DNA of 51,418 nucleotides from Comamonadaceae bacterium (GCA_947454695.1 CANGMW010000001.1:1-51418); one strand, 5' to 3'. Counted from the stretch's first letter, positions 18,309-26,190 are shown. Notes: a model not told the origin generated them from the letters alone. Numbers and translations are program-made.

Positions 18309-18336
18309 TTGAGCTGATCTCAAAGCCCCCTATAGT
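18309..18336 (+). promoter_or_regulatory. Candidate sigma70 promoter of the sulfate-assimilation operon (TTGAGC-16 nt-TATAGT)
   Basis: TTGAGC at 18309-18314 and TATAGT at 18331-18336. The -10 ends 9 nt before ATG 18346, and there is no Shine-Dalgarno between them. Confidence 0.3.
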
Positions 18337-18345
18337 CCCGCCTAT

Positions 18346-19137
18346 ATGCAAGATTTGGCGTTTGTTTTGGCGGGATTCTTCGTCGGGCTCGTGGTCGGCC
18401 TGACGGGGGTCGGGGGCGGCTCTTTGATGACCCCCATCCTGATTTTCTTTTTTGGCATCAAGCCCTACTTGGCGGTGGGCACCGATTTGCTGTTTGCCGC
18501 CTTCACCAAACTCAGCGGTACGGTGAAATTGGCGCGCCGAGGTGCTGTCAATTGGCGCATCGTGCTACATCTCTCGGCTGGCAGCATTCCGGCCGCCCTG
18601 ATCACTTTGTACGTCTTGCACCACATCGGACCCGCCGATCCCGCAGTGCAGGCGCTGATGACCACCACCCTGGGTGCGGCGCTGATCTTGACGGCGGCTG
18701 CCACACTCTTCAAAGCCATTCGTGGCAAAGCCTTGCCGGCGAGCTTGCCCAAGTGCGAGGCGCACCAGGCAGCCCAACCCCGCCATTGGAGCCTGCCGCT
18801 GCTCATGGGCGCCCTGGTGGGCACACTGGTGAGTTTGACCTCGGTGGGTGCGGGTGCGATCGGCGTGAGTGTGTTGTTGATCATCTACCCGCGCCTGCCC
18901 CTGCCGCGCATTGTGGCTGCCGATATCGCGTATGCCGTTCCCCTGACCTTGGTCGCGGGTCTAGGGCATGCCTCTCTTGGCTCTGTGGATTGGCCTTTGC
19001 TCTTAAAATTGCTGGCTGGCTCAATTCCGGGCATTTGGGTGGGCGCCCACCTGATGCACCGTATCAACGAGCGCCTCATTCGCTCCCTTCTGTCTTTCTT
19101 GATTGCATGGGCCGGCTTGAAATTACTGGCCATCTGA
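18346..19137 (+). CDS. TauE/SafE (TSUP) family anion (sulfite/sulfate-type) transporter
   Basis: 263 aa with about 8 TM helices. 'GLVVGLTGVGGGSLMTPIL' near the N-terminus and the repeat 'SLTSVGAGAIGVSVLL' are typical TSUP motifs. Confidence 0.85.
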   Translation: MQDLAFVLAGFFVGLVVGLTGVGGGSLMTPILIFFFGIKPYLAVGTDLLFAAFTKLSGTVKLARRGAVNWRIVLHLSAGSIPAALITLYVLHHIGPADPAVQALMTTTLGAALILTAAATLFKAIRGKALPASLPKCEAHQAAQPRHWSLPLLMGALVGTLVSLTSVGAGAIGVSVLLIIYPRLPLPRIVAADIAYAVPLTLVAGLGHASLGSVDWPLLLKLLAGSIPGIWVGAHLMHRINERLIRSLLSFLIAWAGLKLLAI

Positions 19138-19159
19138 CCTCTTTTGAACACCACCTACG

Positions 19160-20989
19160 ATGTACCAATACACCGACTTTGACCGTGAATTTGTTCGTAA
19201 CCGGGCGGCACAATTCCGCGACCAACTCGAGCGCAACCTGGCCGGCCAACTTAGCGATGAGGCGTTTCGCCCTTTGCGTTTGCAAAACGGCTGGTACGTT
19301 CAGCGCCATGCCCCCATGCTGCGTGTGGCCGTGCCCTACGGCGAACTCTCCAGCGCGCAAGTCCGTGTGCTCGCCCGTATCGCCCGCGAATTTGACCAAC
19401 CCTCGCATGCCGTTTTTCAAGGTGCGGTAGCCGCGCAAAACAAACTGGGCGACATTCAGTTGCGCGATGGCAAAGCCATTGGCAGCCAGTTGACCACCGG
19501 CTATGCCCACTTCACGACACGCCAGAACGTGCAGTTCAACTGGATTCCTTTGGACAAAAGTGCGGACGTCATGGACCTGCTGGCCAGTGTGGACATGCAT
19601 GGCATCCAGACCAGCGGCAACTGCATTCGCAACATCACCACCGACGAGCGCGCGGGTGTCGCTGCCGATGAGGTGGCCGATCCACGGCCCTATGCCGAGA
19701 TCATGCGTCAGTGGAGCACGCTGCACCCCGAGTTTGCTTTTCTGCCGCGCAAGTTCAAGATCGCCATCACCGGCGCCAAAGAGGACCGCGCCGCCACCGC
19801 TTGGCACGATGTGGGCTTGCACTTGGTCCAAGACGCCGCGGGTACCGTGGGCTTTAAGGTGCTGGTGGGCGGCGGCATGGGTCGTACGCCGGTGATTGCG
19901 ACCACCATCCGGTCGTTCCTGCCGGCCGATCAAATCCTGAACTACCTCGAAGCGGTGGTGCGTGTCTACAACCGCTGGGGCCGTCGCGACAATATGTACA
20001 AAGCGCGCATCAAGATCCTGGTGAAGGCCGAAGGTCAGCGCTACATCGACGAAGTCGAAGCCGAGTACCAGGACATTGTGAACAAAGACGGCGCACCGCA
20101 CACCATCACGGCGGTGGAGCTGGCCCGGGTCAGCGCCTCGTTTCAGGCACCGGCCTTCGCCCAAGCCGCCCAAGCCGCACAAGCCGCCCAAGTCGCCCAA
20201 GTCGCCGAGACGAAGCCGCCAGCTGCTGACCCTGAGTATGTGCGTTGGCTCAAACAGAATGTGGCCGCCCATAAAAACCCGGCGCTGCGCGCTGTCACCC
20301 TGTCATTCAAGCGTGTGGGGCAAGCCCCGGGTGACGCCACCGCCGACCAACTCGACGCTGTGGCTGAACTTGTGGATCGTTTCAGCGCCGGCGAAGTACG
20401 TGTCACGCACGACCAGAACCTGGTCCTGCCCTGGGTACGTGCCGACGAGCTGCCGCTGCTGTGGCAACAAGCCCGCCAACTCGGTCTGGCGCGATCCAAC
20501 ATCCGCTTGCTGACCGACATGATTGCCTGCCCCGGCGGGGATTTTTGCGATCTGGCCAACGCGCGCTCCATTCCGATCGCCCAAGCCATCACCGAGCGCT
20601 ACGAAGACCTGGACGAGCTGCACGATCTGGGCGAAATCGACCTGCACATCAGCGGTTGCATCAACTCCTGCGGTCACCACCACAGCGGGCACATCGGTAT
20701 TTTGGGCGTGGACAAAGACGGGCGCGAGTGGTACCAGGTCACCTTGGGTGGCTCGGACGGCTCGGCCCTGAGTGGCGCACCGGGTGCGGGCAAAGTGGTC
20801 GGCCCGTCCTTCTCAGCGGCCGAAGTGCCCGATGTGATTGAAGCACTGCTGGACACCTACCGCGCGCAACGCTCGTGCGGCGAGCCCTTGATTGATACCT
20901 TGCGACGTGTCGGCGCCGAGCCGTTCAAAGTGGCTGCCAATGCGGTTCGTCAAGACACCGCCAGACACAGTGCGGATGCATCGGCCTGA
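19160..20989 (+). CDS. cysI: Assimilatory sulfite reductase hemoprotein (nitrite/sulfite reductase family, siroheme-[4Fe-4S])
   Basis: 609 aa with two NIR_SIR ferredoxin-like/4Fe-4S halves. The cluster/siroheme Cys motif is 'CPGGDFCDLA...SGCINSCGHHH'. Sits in an operon with cysH, cysD and cysN. Confidence 0.9.
   Translation: MYQYTDFDREFVRNRAAQFRDQLERNLAGQLSDEAFRPLRLQNGWYVQRHAPMLRVAVPYGELSSAQVRVLARIAREFDQPSHAVFQGAVAAQNKLGDIQLRDGKAIGSQLTTGYAHFTTRQNVQFNWIPLDKSADVMDLLASVDMHGIQTSGNCIRNITTDERAGVAADEVADPRPYAEIMRQWSTLHPEFAFLPRKFKIAITGAKEDRAATAWHDVGLHLVQDAAGTVGFKVLVGGGMGRTPVIATTIRSFLPADQILNYLEAVVRVYNRWGRRDNMYKARIKILVKAEGQRYIDEVEAEYQDIVNKDGAPHTITAVELARVSASFQAPAFAQAAQAAQAAQVAQVAETKPPAADPEYVRWLKQNVAAHKNPALRAVTLSFKRVGQAPGDATADQLDAVAELVDRFSAGEVRVTHDQNLVLPWVRADELPLLWQQARQLGLARSNIRLLTDMIACPGGDFCDLANARSIPIAQAITERYEDLDELHDLGEIDLHISGCINSCGHHHSGHIGILGVDKDGREWYQVTLGGSDGSALSGAPGAGKVVGPSFSAAEVPDVIEALLDTYRAQRSCGEPLIDTLRRVGAEPFKVAANAVRQDTARHSADASA
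20159..20203 (+). repeat. Five tandem copies of a 9-bp unit (GCCCAAGCC and variants) inside cysI
   Basis: gcccaagcc gcccaagcc gcacaagcc gcccaagtc gcccaagtc encodes AQA-AQA-AQA-AQV-AQV, in the linker between the two halves of CysI. Confidence 0.9.
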
Positions 20990-21008
20990 GCGGATTAAAG
21001 AAAAGACC

Positions 21009-21389
21009 ATGAAACTTATCTCTGTGACCCAACACCAGGCCAGCCCGAGCGATGCTTCGGTGCTGACGTTGGCCAACGATGTCGATCCCCGCACCCTTGC
21101 TTTGCAAGGCATCACCCGGATTGATCTGCATTTCCCCAAATTCACCGATGGACGGGCTTTCAGCCAGGCTTATTTAATTCGCCGTCGTCTGGGATTCACC
21201 GGAGAAATCCGCGCCACCGGCGATGTGCTGGTCGATCAACTGCAGCAGATGGCGCGCAGCGGCTTTGATACGGCCGTGCTGGCCGACGGCCAGGACGCGG
21301 AGATTGCGCAGCGGCAGTTGAGCCGCTACAAAGACTTCTACCAAGGCGATGCGGTGCACGCCCAACCGCATTTTGGGGAAGCCGCCTGA
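21009..21389 (+). CDS. DUF934-family protein (uncharacterised partner of bacterial sulfite reductase operons)
   Basis: 126 aa starting at ATG 21009 (MKLISVTQH...), 19 nt after the cysI stop. Its stop overlaps the cysH ATG (TGATG). 'FPKFTDGRAFSQAYLIRRRLGFTGEIRATGDVLVDQL' matches what I recall of DUF934. Confidence 0.7.
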   Translation: MKLISVTQHQASPSDASVLTLANDVDPRTLALQGITRIDLHFPKFTDGRAFSQAYLIRRRLGFTGEIRATGDVLVDQLQQMARSGFDTAVLADGQDAEIAQRQLSRYKDFYQGDAVHAQPHFGEAA

Positions 21390-22147
21390 TGTCTGCCATT
21401 GAACTCAACGCACGCGCCAGCGCCAGTTTTTCAGCCAAGTTGGAACACACCCGCCAACTGCTCGCTCAGATTGCCCTTGACTACGCAGCCCCGCACGGCA
21501 GTGCCGCGCCTGGGGTCAGCCTGGCCTGCAGCTTAGGTGCAGAAGACATGGTCTTGGCCCACCTGATCAACAGCGCGCAAGTCCAGATCGACATCTTCGT
21601 CCTGGAAACCGGCATGCTCAACCCGCAAACGCTGGCGCTGCTGGCGCAACTCAAGGCCGATTCCTTCAACGCGGTGCAGGTTTTCCAACCGGTGCAGACG
21701 GCCGTGGTCGAGTTCGTTCAACGCGAAGGGAAGGACGCGATGTACAAGTCGATCGAGCTGCGCAAAGCCTGCTGCCACATCCGCAAAATGGAGCCGCTGG
21801 AGCGTGCGCTCAAAGGCAAGAAAGCGTGGATCACCGGTTTGCGCCGGGAGCAGTCGGGCGCCCGTGCCGAAGTGCCCTTTGTGGATGAAAGCGATGCCAA
21901 GCGCGTCAAATTCAACCCGCTGGCCGACTGGACCTGGGGTGACGTCTGGCACTACATCGCCCAACACCAGGTGGCCTACAACGCTTTGCATGACGAGTTT
22001 TTCCCCAGCATCGGCTGCGCCCCCTGCACCCGGGCCATTGCCATGGGTGAAGACTTCCGCGCCGGGCGCTGGTGGTGGGAAGACGAAGCCGCCAAAGAAT
22101 GCGGCTTGCACGTCAAAACCTCCGAATTGAAAACGGGCCACGCATGA
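21389..22147 (+). CDS. cysH: Adenylyl-sulfate (APS) / PAPS reductase, thioredoxin-dependent, Fe-S type
   Basis: PAPS_reduct fold. It has the catalytic C-terminal 'ECGLH' and the extra Cys pairs 'ACCHIRKMEPL' and 'SIGCAPCT', which mark [4Fe-4S] APS reductases. Confidence 0.9.
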   Translation: MSAIELNARASASFSAKLEHTRQLLAQIALDYAAPHGSAAPGVSLACSLGAEDMVLAHLINSAQVQIDIFVLETGMLNPQTLALLAQLKADSFNAVQVFQPVQTAVVEFVQREGKDAMYKSIELRKACCHIRKMEPLERALKGKKAWITGLRREQSGARAEVPFVDESDAKRVKFNPLADWTWGDVWHYIAQHQVAYNALHDEFFPSIGCAPCTRAIAMGEDFRAGRWWWEDEAAKECGLHVKTSELKTGHA

Positions 22148-23103
22148 ACGCCATCTCCGAACACGAACGACTCACGCACGCCATGACGACATCGCACGCC
22201 CCTACCCTGAGCAACGCGCACTTAGACGCGCTCGAAGAAGAAACCATTTTCATCCTGCGCGAAGTGGCCGCAGTTTTTGAGCGCCCTACTTTGCTGTTCT
22301 CTGGCGGCAAAGATTCGCTGGTGCTGCTCAAATGTGCCGAGAAAGCCTTTGGTTCGGGCCGCTTGCCCTACCCCTTGCTGATGATCGACACGGGCCACAA
22401 CTTCCCCGAAGTCACCGATTTCCGGGATTTCCGCGCCAAAGAACTGAACGCCGAGTTGATCGTTCGCAACGTGGAAGACTCCATGGCGCGCGGCACGGTG
22501 CGCCTCGCGCATCCCGGTGAGAGCCGCAATGTGCACCAGTCGGTCACCCTGCTCGAAGCGATTGAAGAGTTCCGTTTTGACGCGCTGATCGGCGGCGCCC
22601 GCCGGGACGAAGAAAAGGCCCGTGCCAAGGAGCGCATTTTTTCGCACCGTGACAGCTTCGGCCAATGGCAACCTAAGGCGCAGCGGCCTGAGTTGTGGAC
22701 CCTCTTTAACACCCGGCTGCAACCGGGCGAGCATTTCCGTGTCTTCCCCATTTCCAACTGGACCGAGCTGGATGTGTGGCAATACATTGAGCGCGAGAAC
22801 ATCGCCCTGCCCTCCATCTACTACACGCATGAGCGTCAGGTCGTGGACCGTAAAGGCCTCTTGGTGCCCGTCACCGAACTCACGCCGCCGCGCGAAGGTG
22901 AAACGGTGCAAACCCGCCAGGTGCGTTTTCGCACGGTGGGCGACATCACCTGCACCTGCCCGGTGGAAAGCACGGCCGCCACGGCCGCCGATATCGTGAT
23001 TGAAACGCTGGCCGCCGACGTGAGCGAACGCGGCGCGACCCGCATGGATGACAAAACCTCGGAAGCATCCATGGAAAAACGCAAGAAAGACGGTTACTTC
23101 TGA
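22144..23103 (+). CDS. cysD: Sulfate adenylyltransferase subunit 2
   Basis: 'LDALEEETIFILREVAAVFERPTLLFSGGKDSLVLL' is the PP-loop and 'DGYF' the C-terminus. ATG 22144 overlaps the cysH stop (ATGA). Confidence 0.95.
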   Translation: MNAISEHERLTHAMTTSHAPTLSNAHLDALEEETIFILREVAAVFERPTLLFSGGKDSLVLLKCAEKAFGSGRLPYPLLMIDTGHNFPEVTDFRDFRAKELNAELIVRNVEDSMARGTVRLAHPGESRNVHQSVTLLEAIEEFRFDALIGGARRDEEKARAKERIFSHRDSFGQWQPKAQRPELWTLFNTRLQPGEHFRVFPISNWTELDVWQYIERENIALPSIYYTHERQVVDRKGLLVPVTELTPPREGETVQTRQVRFRTVGDITCTCPVESTAATAADIVIETLAADVSERGATRMDDKTSEASMEKRKKDGYF

Positions 23104-24434
23104 TGTCCAGCCCCACTCTTTTGAATAAGCAAAACGCGGCTGCGCCTGTGGCTCAAGATGCGGATGTGCATTCCGCCCTCAAGTTCATCACCTGCGGCAG
23201 CGTCGATGATGGCAAGAGCACCTTGATCGGCCGCCTGCTGGTGGACACCAAGGCGGTGTTGCAAGACCACTTGGCCGGCGTGCAGCGCCAAGGCGAAACC
23301 GACCTGGCCCTGCTCACCGATGGCTTGAGCGCCGAGCGCGAGCAAGGCATCACGATCGACGTGGCGTACCGCTACTTCAGCACGGAAAATCGCAAGTTCA
23401 TCATTGGCGACGCGCCAGGTCATGAGCAGTACACGCGCAATATGGTGACCGCAGCCTCCAGCGCCGATGCCGCCGTGGTTCTGGTCGACGCGACCAAACT
23501 GGATTGGCAAAACGCCGCGCTGCCCTTGTTGGTACAAACCCGTCGCCACTCGTTGTTGCTCAAACTGCTGCGCGTGTCCTCCATTGTGTTCGCCGTGAAC
23601 AAGCTCGATGCCGTCGCCGATGCGGCGCTCGCCTTCAAGAACATCCAGTCGGCCTTGAATGAATTTGCCCGCAGTGCCGGCATCGCGGTCACCGCGGTGG
23701 TCCCCTTGTCCGCGCTCAAGGGCTGGAATGTGGTGGACGCTGCGCCAGATGCCCACTGGTGTGGCTACCAAGGCCCCACGCTGCTGCAAATTCTGGAGGC
23801 ATTGCCCGTCACCGGCCCTGATCGCGATGTGGCATTCACTTTCCCCGTTCAGTGGGTCGAGAAATTTTCCGCCAGCAGCGACACCAGCCAAGGCCGTCGC
23901 GTGTTCTGGGGACGCGTGGCCACCGGGCAGGTGGTTCCCGGCCAAACCGTCACCATCATGCCCAGCGGTCAGACCGCGACCGTGGCCAAGGTTTTGAACC
24001 ATGTTCGTCAAGCCACATCGGTCGCCAGTGGCCACAGCGCTGGCATTGTGCTGGACCGCGAGGTGGACGTCTCCCGGGGTGACTGGCTGCTGACTGAGCC
24101 CGCCGAGGGCCCTGAACTGCCGCGTTTGCGCGAAATCAGCACGACCCTGGCTTGGATGGACGATGAGCCGCTGGTAGCAGGCCGCGTGTACTGGGCTTTG
24201 CATGGTCACCGCTGGGTCAAAGCGAAAATCAAGCGCATCGTGCACCGCCTCAATATCAACACCCTGGCCGAGGAAGATGCCTCGCAGTTAGAGCCCAATG
24301 CCATTGGTCATGTGGAGATTGCCCTCCAAGAGCCCTTGCTGGCCCTGCCCTACGCCCAATCGCGGGTTTTAGGCGCCCTGATTTTGGTAGACACCGCCAC
24401 ACACAAAACCTCCGCCGCCTTGATGCTGAATTGA
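23103..24434 (+). CDS. cysN: Sulfate adenylyltransferase subunit 1 (GTPase), without a fused APS kinase domain
   Basis: G1 'GSVDDGKSTLIGRLL', G3 'DAPGHEQY', G4 'NKLD'. At 443 aa it is the GTPase plus beta-barrel domains only. ATG overlaps the cysD stop (TGATG). Confidence 0.9.
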   Translation: MSSPTLLNKQNAAAPVAQDADVHSALKFITCGSVDDGKSTLIGRLLVDTKAVLQDHLAGVQRQGETDLALLTDGLSAEREQGITIDVAYRYFSTENRKFIIGDAPGHEQYTRNMVTAASSADAAVVLVDATKLDWQNAALPLLVQTRRHSLLLKLLRVSSIVFAVNKLDAVADAALAFKNIQSALNEFARSAGIAVTAVVPLSALKGWNVVDAAPDAHWCGYQGPTLLQILEALPVTGPDRDVAFTFPVQWVEKFSASSDTSQGRRVFWGRVATGQVVPGQTVTIMPSGQTATVAKVLNHVRQATSVASGHSAGIVLDREVDVSRGDWLLTEPAEGPELPRLREISTTLAWMDDEPLVAGRVYWALHGHRWVKAKIKRIVHRLNINTLAEEDASQLEPNAIGHVEIALQEPLLALPYAQSRVLGALILVDTATHKTSAALMLN

Positions 24435-24486
24435 TGCAACGCAAACAACCCTTCGCACCTTAAGGACGCCTTTTCCCAGTCATTTC

Positions 24487-24511
24487 AAAACCCAATAAAA
24501 TCAAGGGTTTT
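24487..24511 (+). terminator. AT-rich stem-loop between cysN and fdxA (weak terminator/attenuator candidate)
   Basis: AAAACCC (24487-24493) pairs with GGGTTTT (24505-24511) around an 11-nt loop. Only 3 G:C pairs. Confidence 0.25.
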
Positions 24512-24534
24512 CACTCAAACTCCAGAACTACAAC

Positions 24535-24864
24535 ATGACCCACGTCGTCACCGAATCCTGCATCCGATGCAAATACACCGATTGCGTCGATGTCTGCCCT
24601 GTGGATTGTTTCCGCGAAGGCCCCAACTTTTTGACCATCGACCCCGATGAGTGCATTGATTGCGCCGTGTGCATTCCTGAATGCCCGGTCAACGCGATCT
24701 TTGCCGAAGAAGATCTGCCTGCCGACCAGCAACACATGATCAAACTCAACGCTGATCTGGCCCGCTTGCCCACCTGGAAGAGCATCACCAAGCGCAAAAC
24801 ACCCTTGCCCGATGCCGACGACTGGAAAGATAAAAGCGACAAGCTCAAGGAGCTGATTCGCTAA
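24535..24864 (+). CDS. fdxA: 7Fe ([3Fe-4S][4Fe-4S]) ferredoxin, FdxA type
   Basis: '[26 protein letters not shown]...[18 protein letters not shown]' is the Azotobacter-type ferredoxin I cysteine pattern. Confidence 0.9.
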   Translation: MTHVVTESCIRCKYTDCVDVCPVDCFREGPNFLTIDPDECIDCAVCIPECPVNAIFAEEDLPADQQHMIKLNADLARLPTWKSITKRKTPLPDADDWKDKSDKLKELIR

Positions 24865-24871
24865 CCGACTT

Positions 24872-25972
24872 ATGGAACAGAAACTCAATCAAGCTGTGAT
24901 CAATACCGCGCAGGCCCATGAAGGCCCCATTGAAACCGACGCCGTCATCGTTGGCGCAGGCCCCGTTGGCTTGTTCCAGGTGTTCGAGCTGGGTCTTTTG
25001 GAAATCAAAGCCCATGTGATTGACTCACTGGCTTACCCGGGTGGACAACCGGTGGAGCTGTATCCGGATAAGCCGATCTACGACATCCCCGCCGTGCCTG
25101 TGTGCACTGGTCAAGAGTTGACCGATGCCCTGCTCAAGCAGATTGAGCCGTTTGGCGCGACTTTCCACCTCGGCCAGGAAGTGACCACGGTGCAAAAGCA
25201 GGACGATGGCCGTTTCTTTGTTGAGACCTCCAAAGGCACGCAGTTTCTGACCAAAACCATTTTCATCGCTGCTGGCGTGGGTGCTTTTCAGCCCCGCACG
25301 CTCAAAGTGGATGGCATTGAAGCTTATGAAGGCTCGCAACTCTTTTACCGCGTGAAAAACCCGGCCGACTTTGCCGGCAAAAACCTGGTGATCGTGGGTG
25401 GCGGTGACTCCGCTCTGGATTGGGTTCTGAATTTCGTGAAGGACGGCCCGAACAAGGCCGAGAGCGTCATCCTGATCCACCGCCGTGATGGCTTCAAAGC
25501 GGCCCCGTCCAGCGTGGCCAAGATGCGGGAGCTGTGCGAAGCCTACGAGATGCAATTCATCGTCGGCCAAATCACCGGCCTGGATGAAAAAGACGGAAAG
25601 ATCGCCGGCGCCAAAGTCACCGGCGCCGATGGCGTCACCCGCGTGGTGCCGCTGGATGTTTTATTGGTCTTCTTCGGCCTGAGCCCCAAACTGGGTCCAA
25701 TTGCCGAGTGGGGCCTGGACATTGAGCGCAAGCAGCTGGTGGTGGACACCGAAAAGTTCTCAACCAACGTGCCCGGCATCTTTGCGGTCGGTGACATCAA
25801 CACCTACCCGGGCAAGAAAAAACTCATTTTGTCGGGCTTCCATGAATGCGCGCTGGCCGCTTTCGGCGCCGTGCCCTTCATCTTCCCGGAAAAGAAAGTG
25901 TTCTTGCAATACACGACCACCAGTCCCAAATTGCACAAGGTGCTCGGGGTGGAGTCGCCGGTTTTTGACTGA
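24872..25972 (+). CDS. Thioredoxin-reductase-like ferredoxin--NADP(+) reductase
   Basis: 366 aa with FAD loop '[11 protein letters not shown]', NADPH loop '[12 protein letters not shown]' and '[12 protein letters not shown]'. No CxxC redox pair, which fits FNR rather than TrxB. Confidence 0.85.
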   Translation: MEQKLNQAVINTAQAHEGPIETDAVIVGAGPVGLFQVFELGLLEIKAHVIDSLAYPGGQPVELYPDKPIYDIPAVPVCTGQELTDALLKQIEPFGATFHLGQEVTTVQKQDDGRFFVETSKGTQFLTKTIFIAAGVGAFQPRTLKVDGIEAYEGSQLFYRVKNPADFAGKNLVIVGGGDSALDWVLNFVKDGPNKAESVILIHRRDGFKAAPSSVAKMRELCEAYEMQFIVGQITGLDEKDGKIAGAKVTGADGVTRVVPLDVLLVFFGLSPKLGPIAEWGLDIERKQLVVDTEKFSTNVPGIFAVGDINTYPGKKKLILSGFHECALAAFGAVPFIFPEKKVFLQYTTTSPKLHKVLGVESPVFD

Positions 25973-26021
25973 TCGCTCAAGGCTTCACTAGCCTTACAAT
26001 TCAACCGTGTCCTGACCGACA

Positions 26022-26116
26022 CGTTCGCTAGGGGTGTTGCCAAGGTCTTGGACCTGTGGCTTCTGAGAAAGTCCCTTTGAACCTGATTGAGGTAATCCTC
26101 GCGCAGGGAAGCAGGC
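26022..26116 (+). promoter_or_regulatory. TPP (THI-box) riboswitch aptamer
   Basis: The + strand reads CGCUAGGGGUGUUGCCAAGGUCUUGGACCUGUGGCUUCUGAGAAAGUCCCUUUGAACCUGAUUGAGGUAAUCCUCGCGCAGGGAAGCAGG. The conserved blocks appear in the canonical order: GGGGUG, a P3 hairpin (CCAAG/CUUGG), CUGAGA, (G)UCCC pairing back to GGGG(U), AACCUGAU, a GAGG/CCUC stem around UAAU (compensatory to CUGG/CCAG of E. coli thiM), then GCG-AGGGAA. Confidence 0.8.
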
Positions 26117-26190
26117 ATTCATGGCCGTCACGATCACCTCGCTGACCCCAAGCCGCCCGCCCTCTGCCCGTTAAAACTGATATGGGCTTG

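Noticed and set aside
20159-20203. The tandem 9-bp repeat considered as a CRISPR-like or non-coding minisatellite element.
   Set aside because: It has no spacers, the units are contiguous, and it is in frame within cysI, so it is a coding low-complexity linker.
26121-26174. The 17-codon ORF (MAVTITSLTPSRPPSAR) right after the riboswitch, considered as a bona fide small protein gene or the N-terminal remnant of a displaced thi gene.
   Set aside because: It is too short to evaluate and shows no similarity to the ThiC, ThiO or ThiM N-termini I can recall. I keep it only as a possible leader ORF within the riboswitch finding, not as an annotated CDS.
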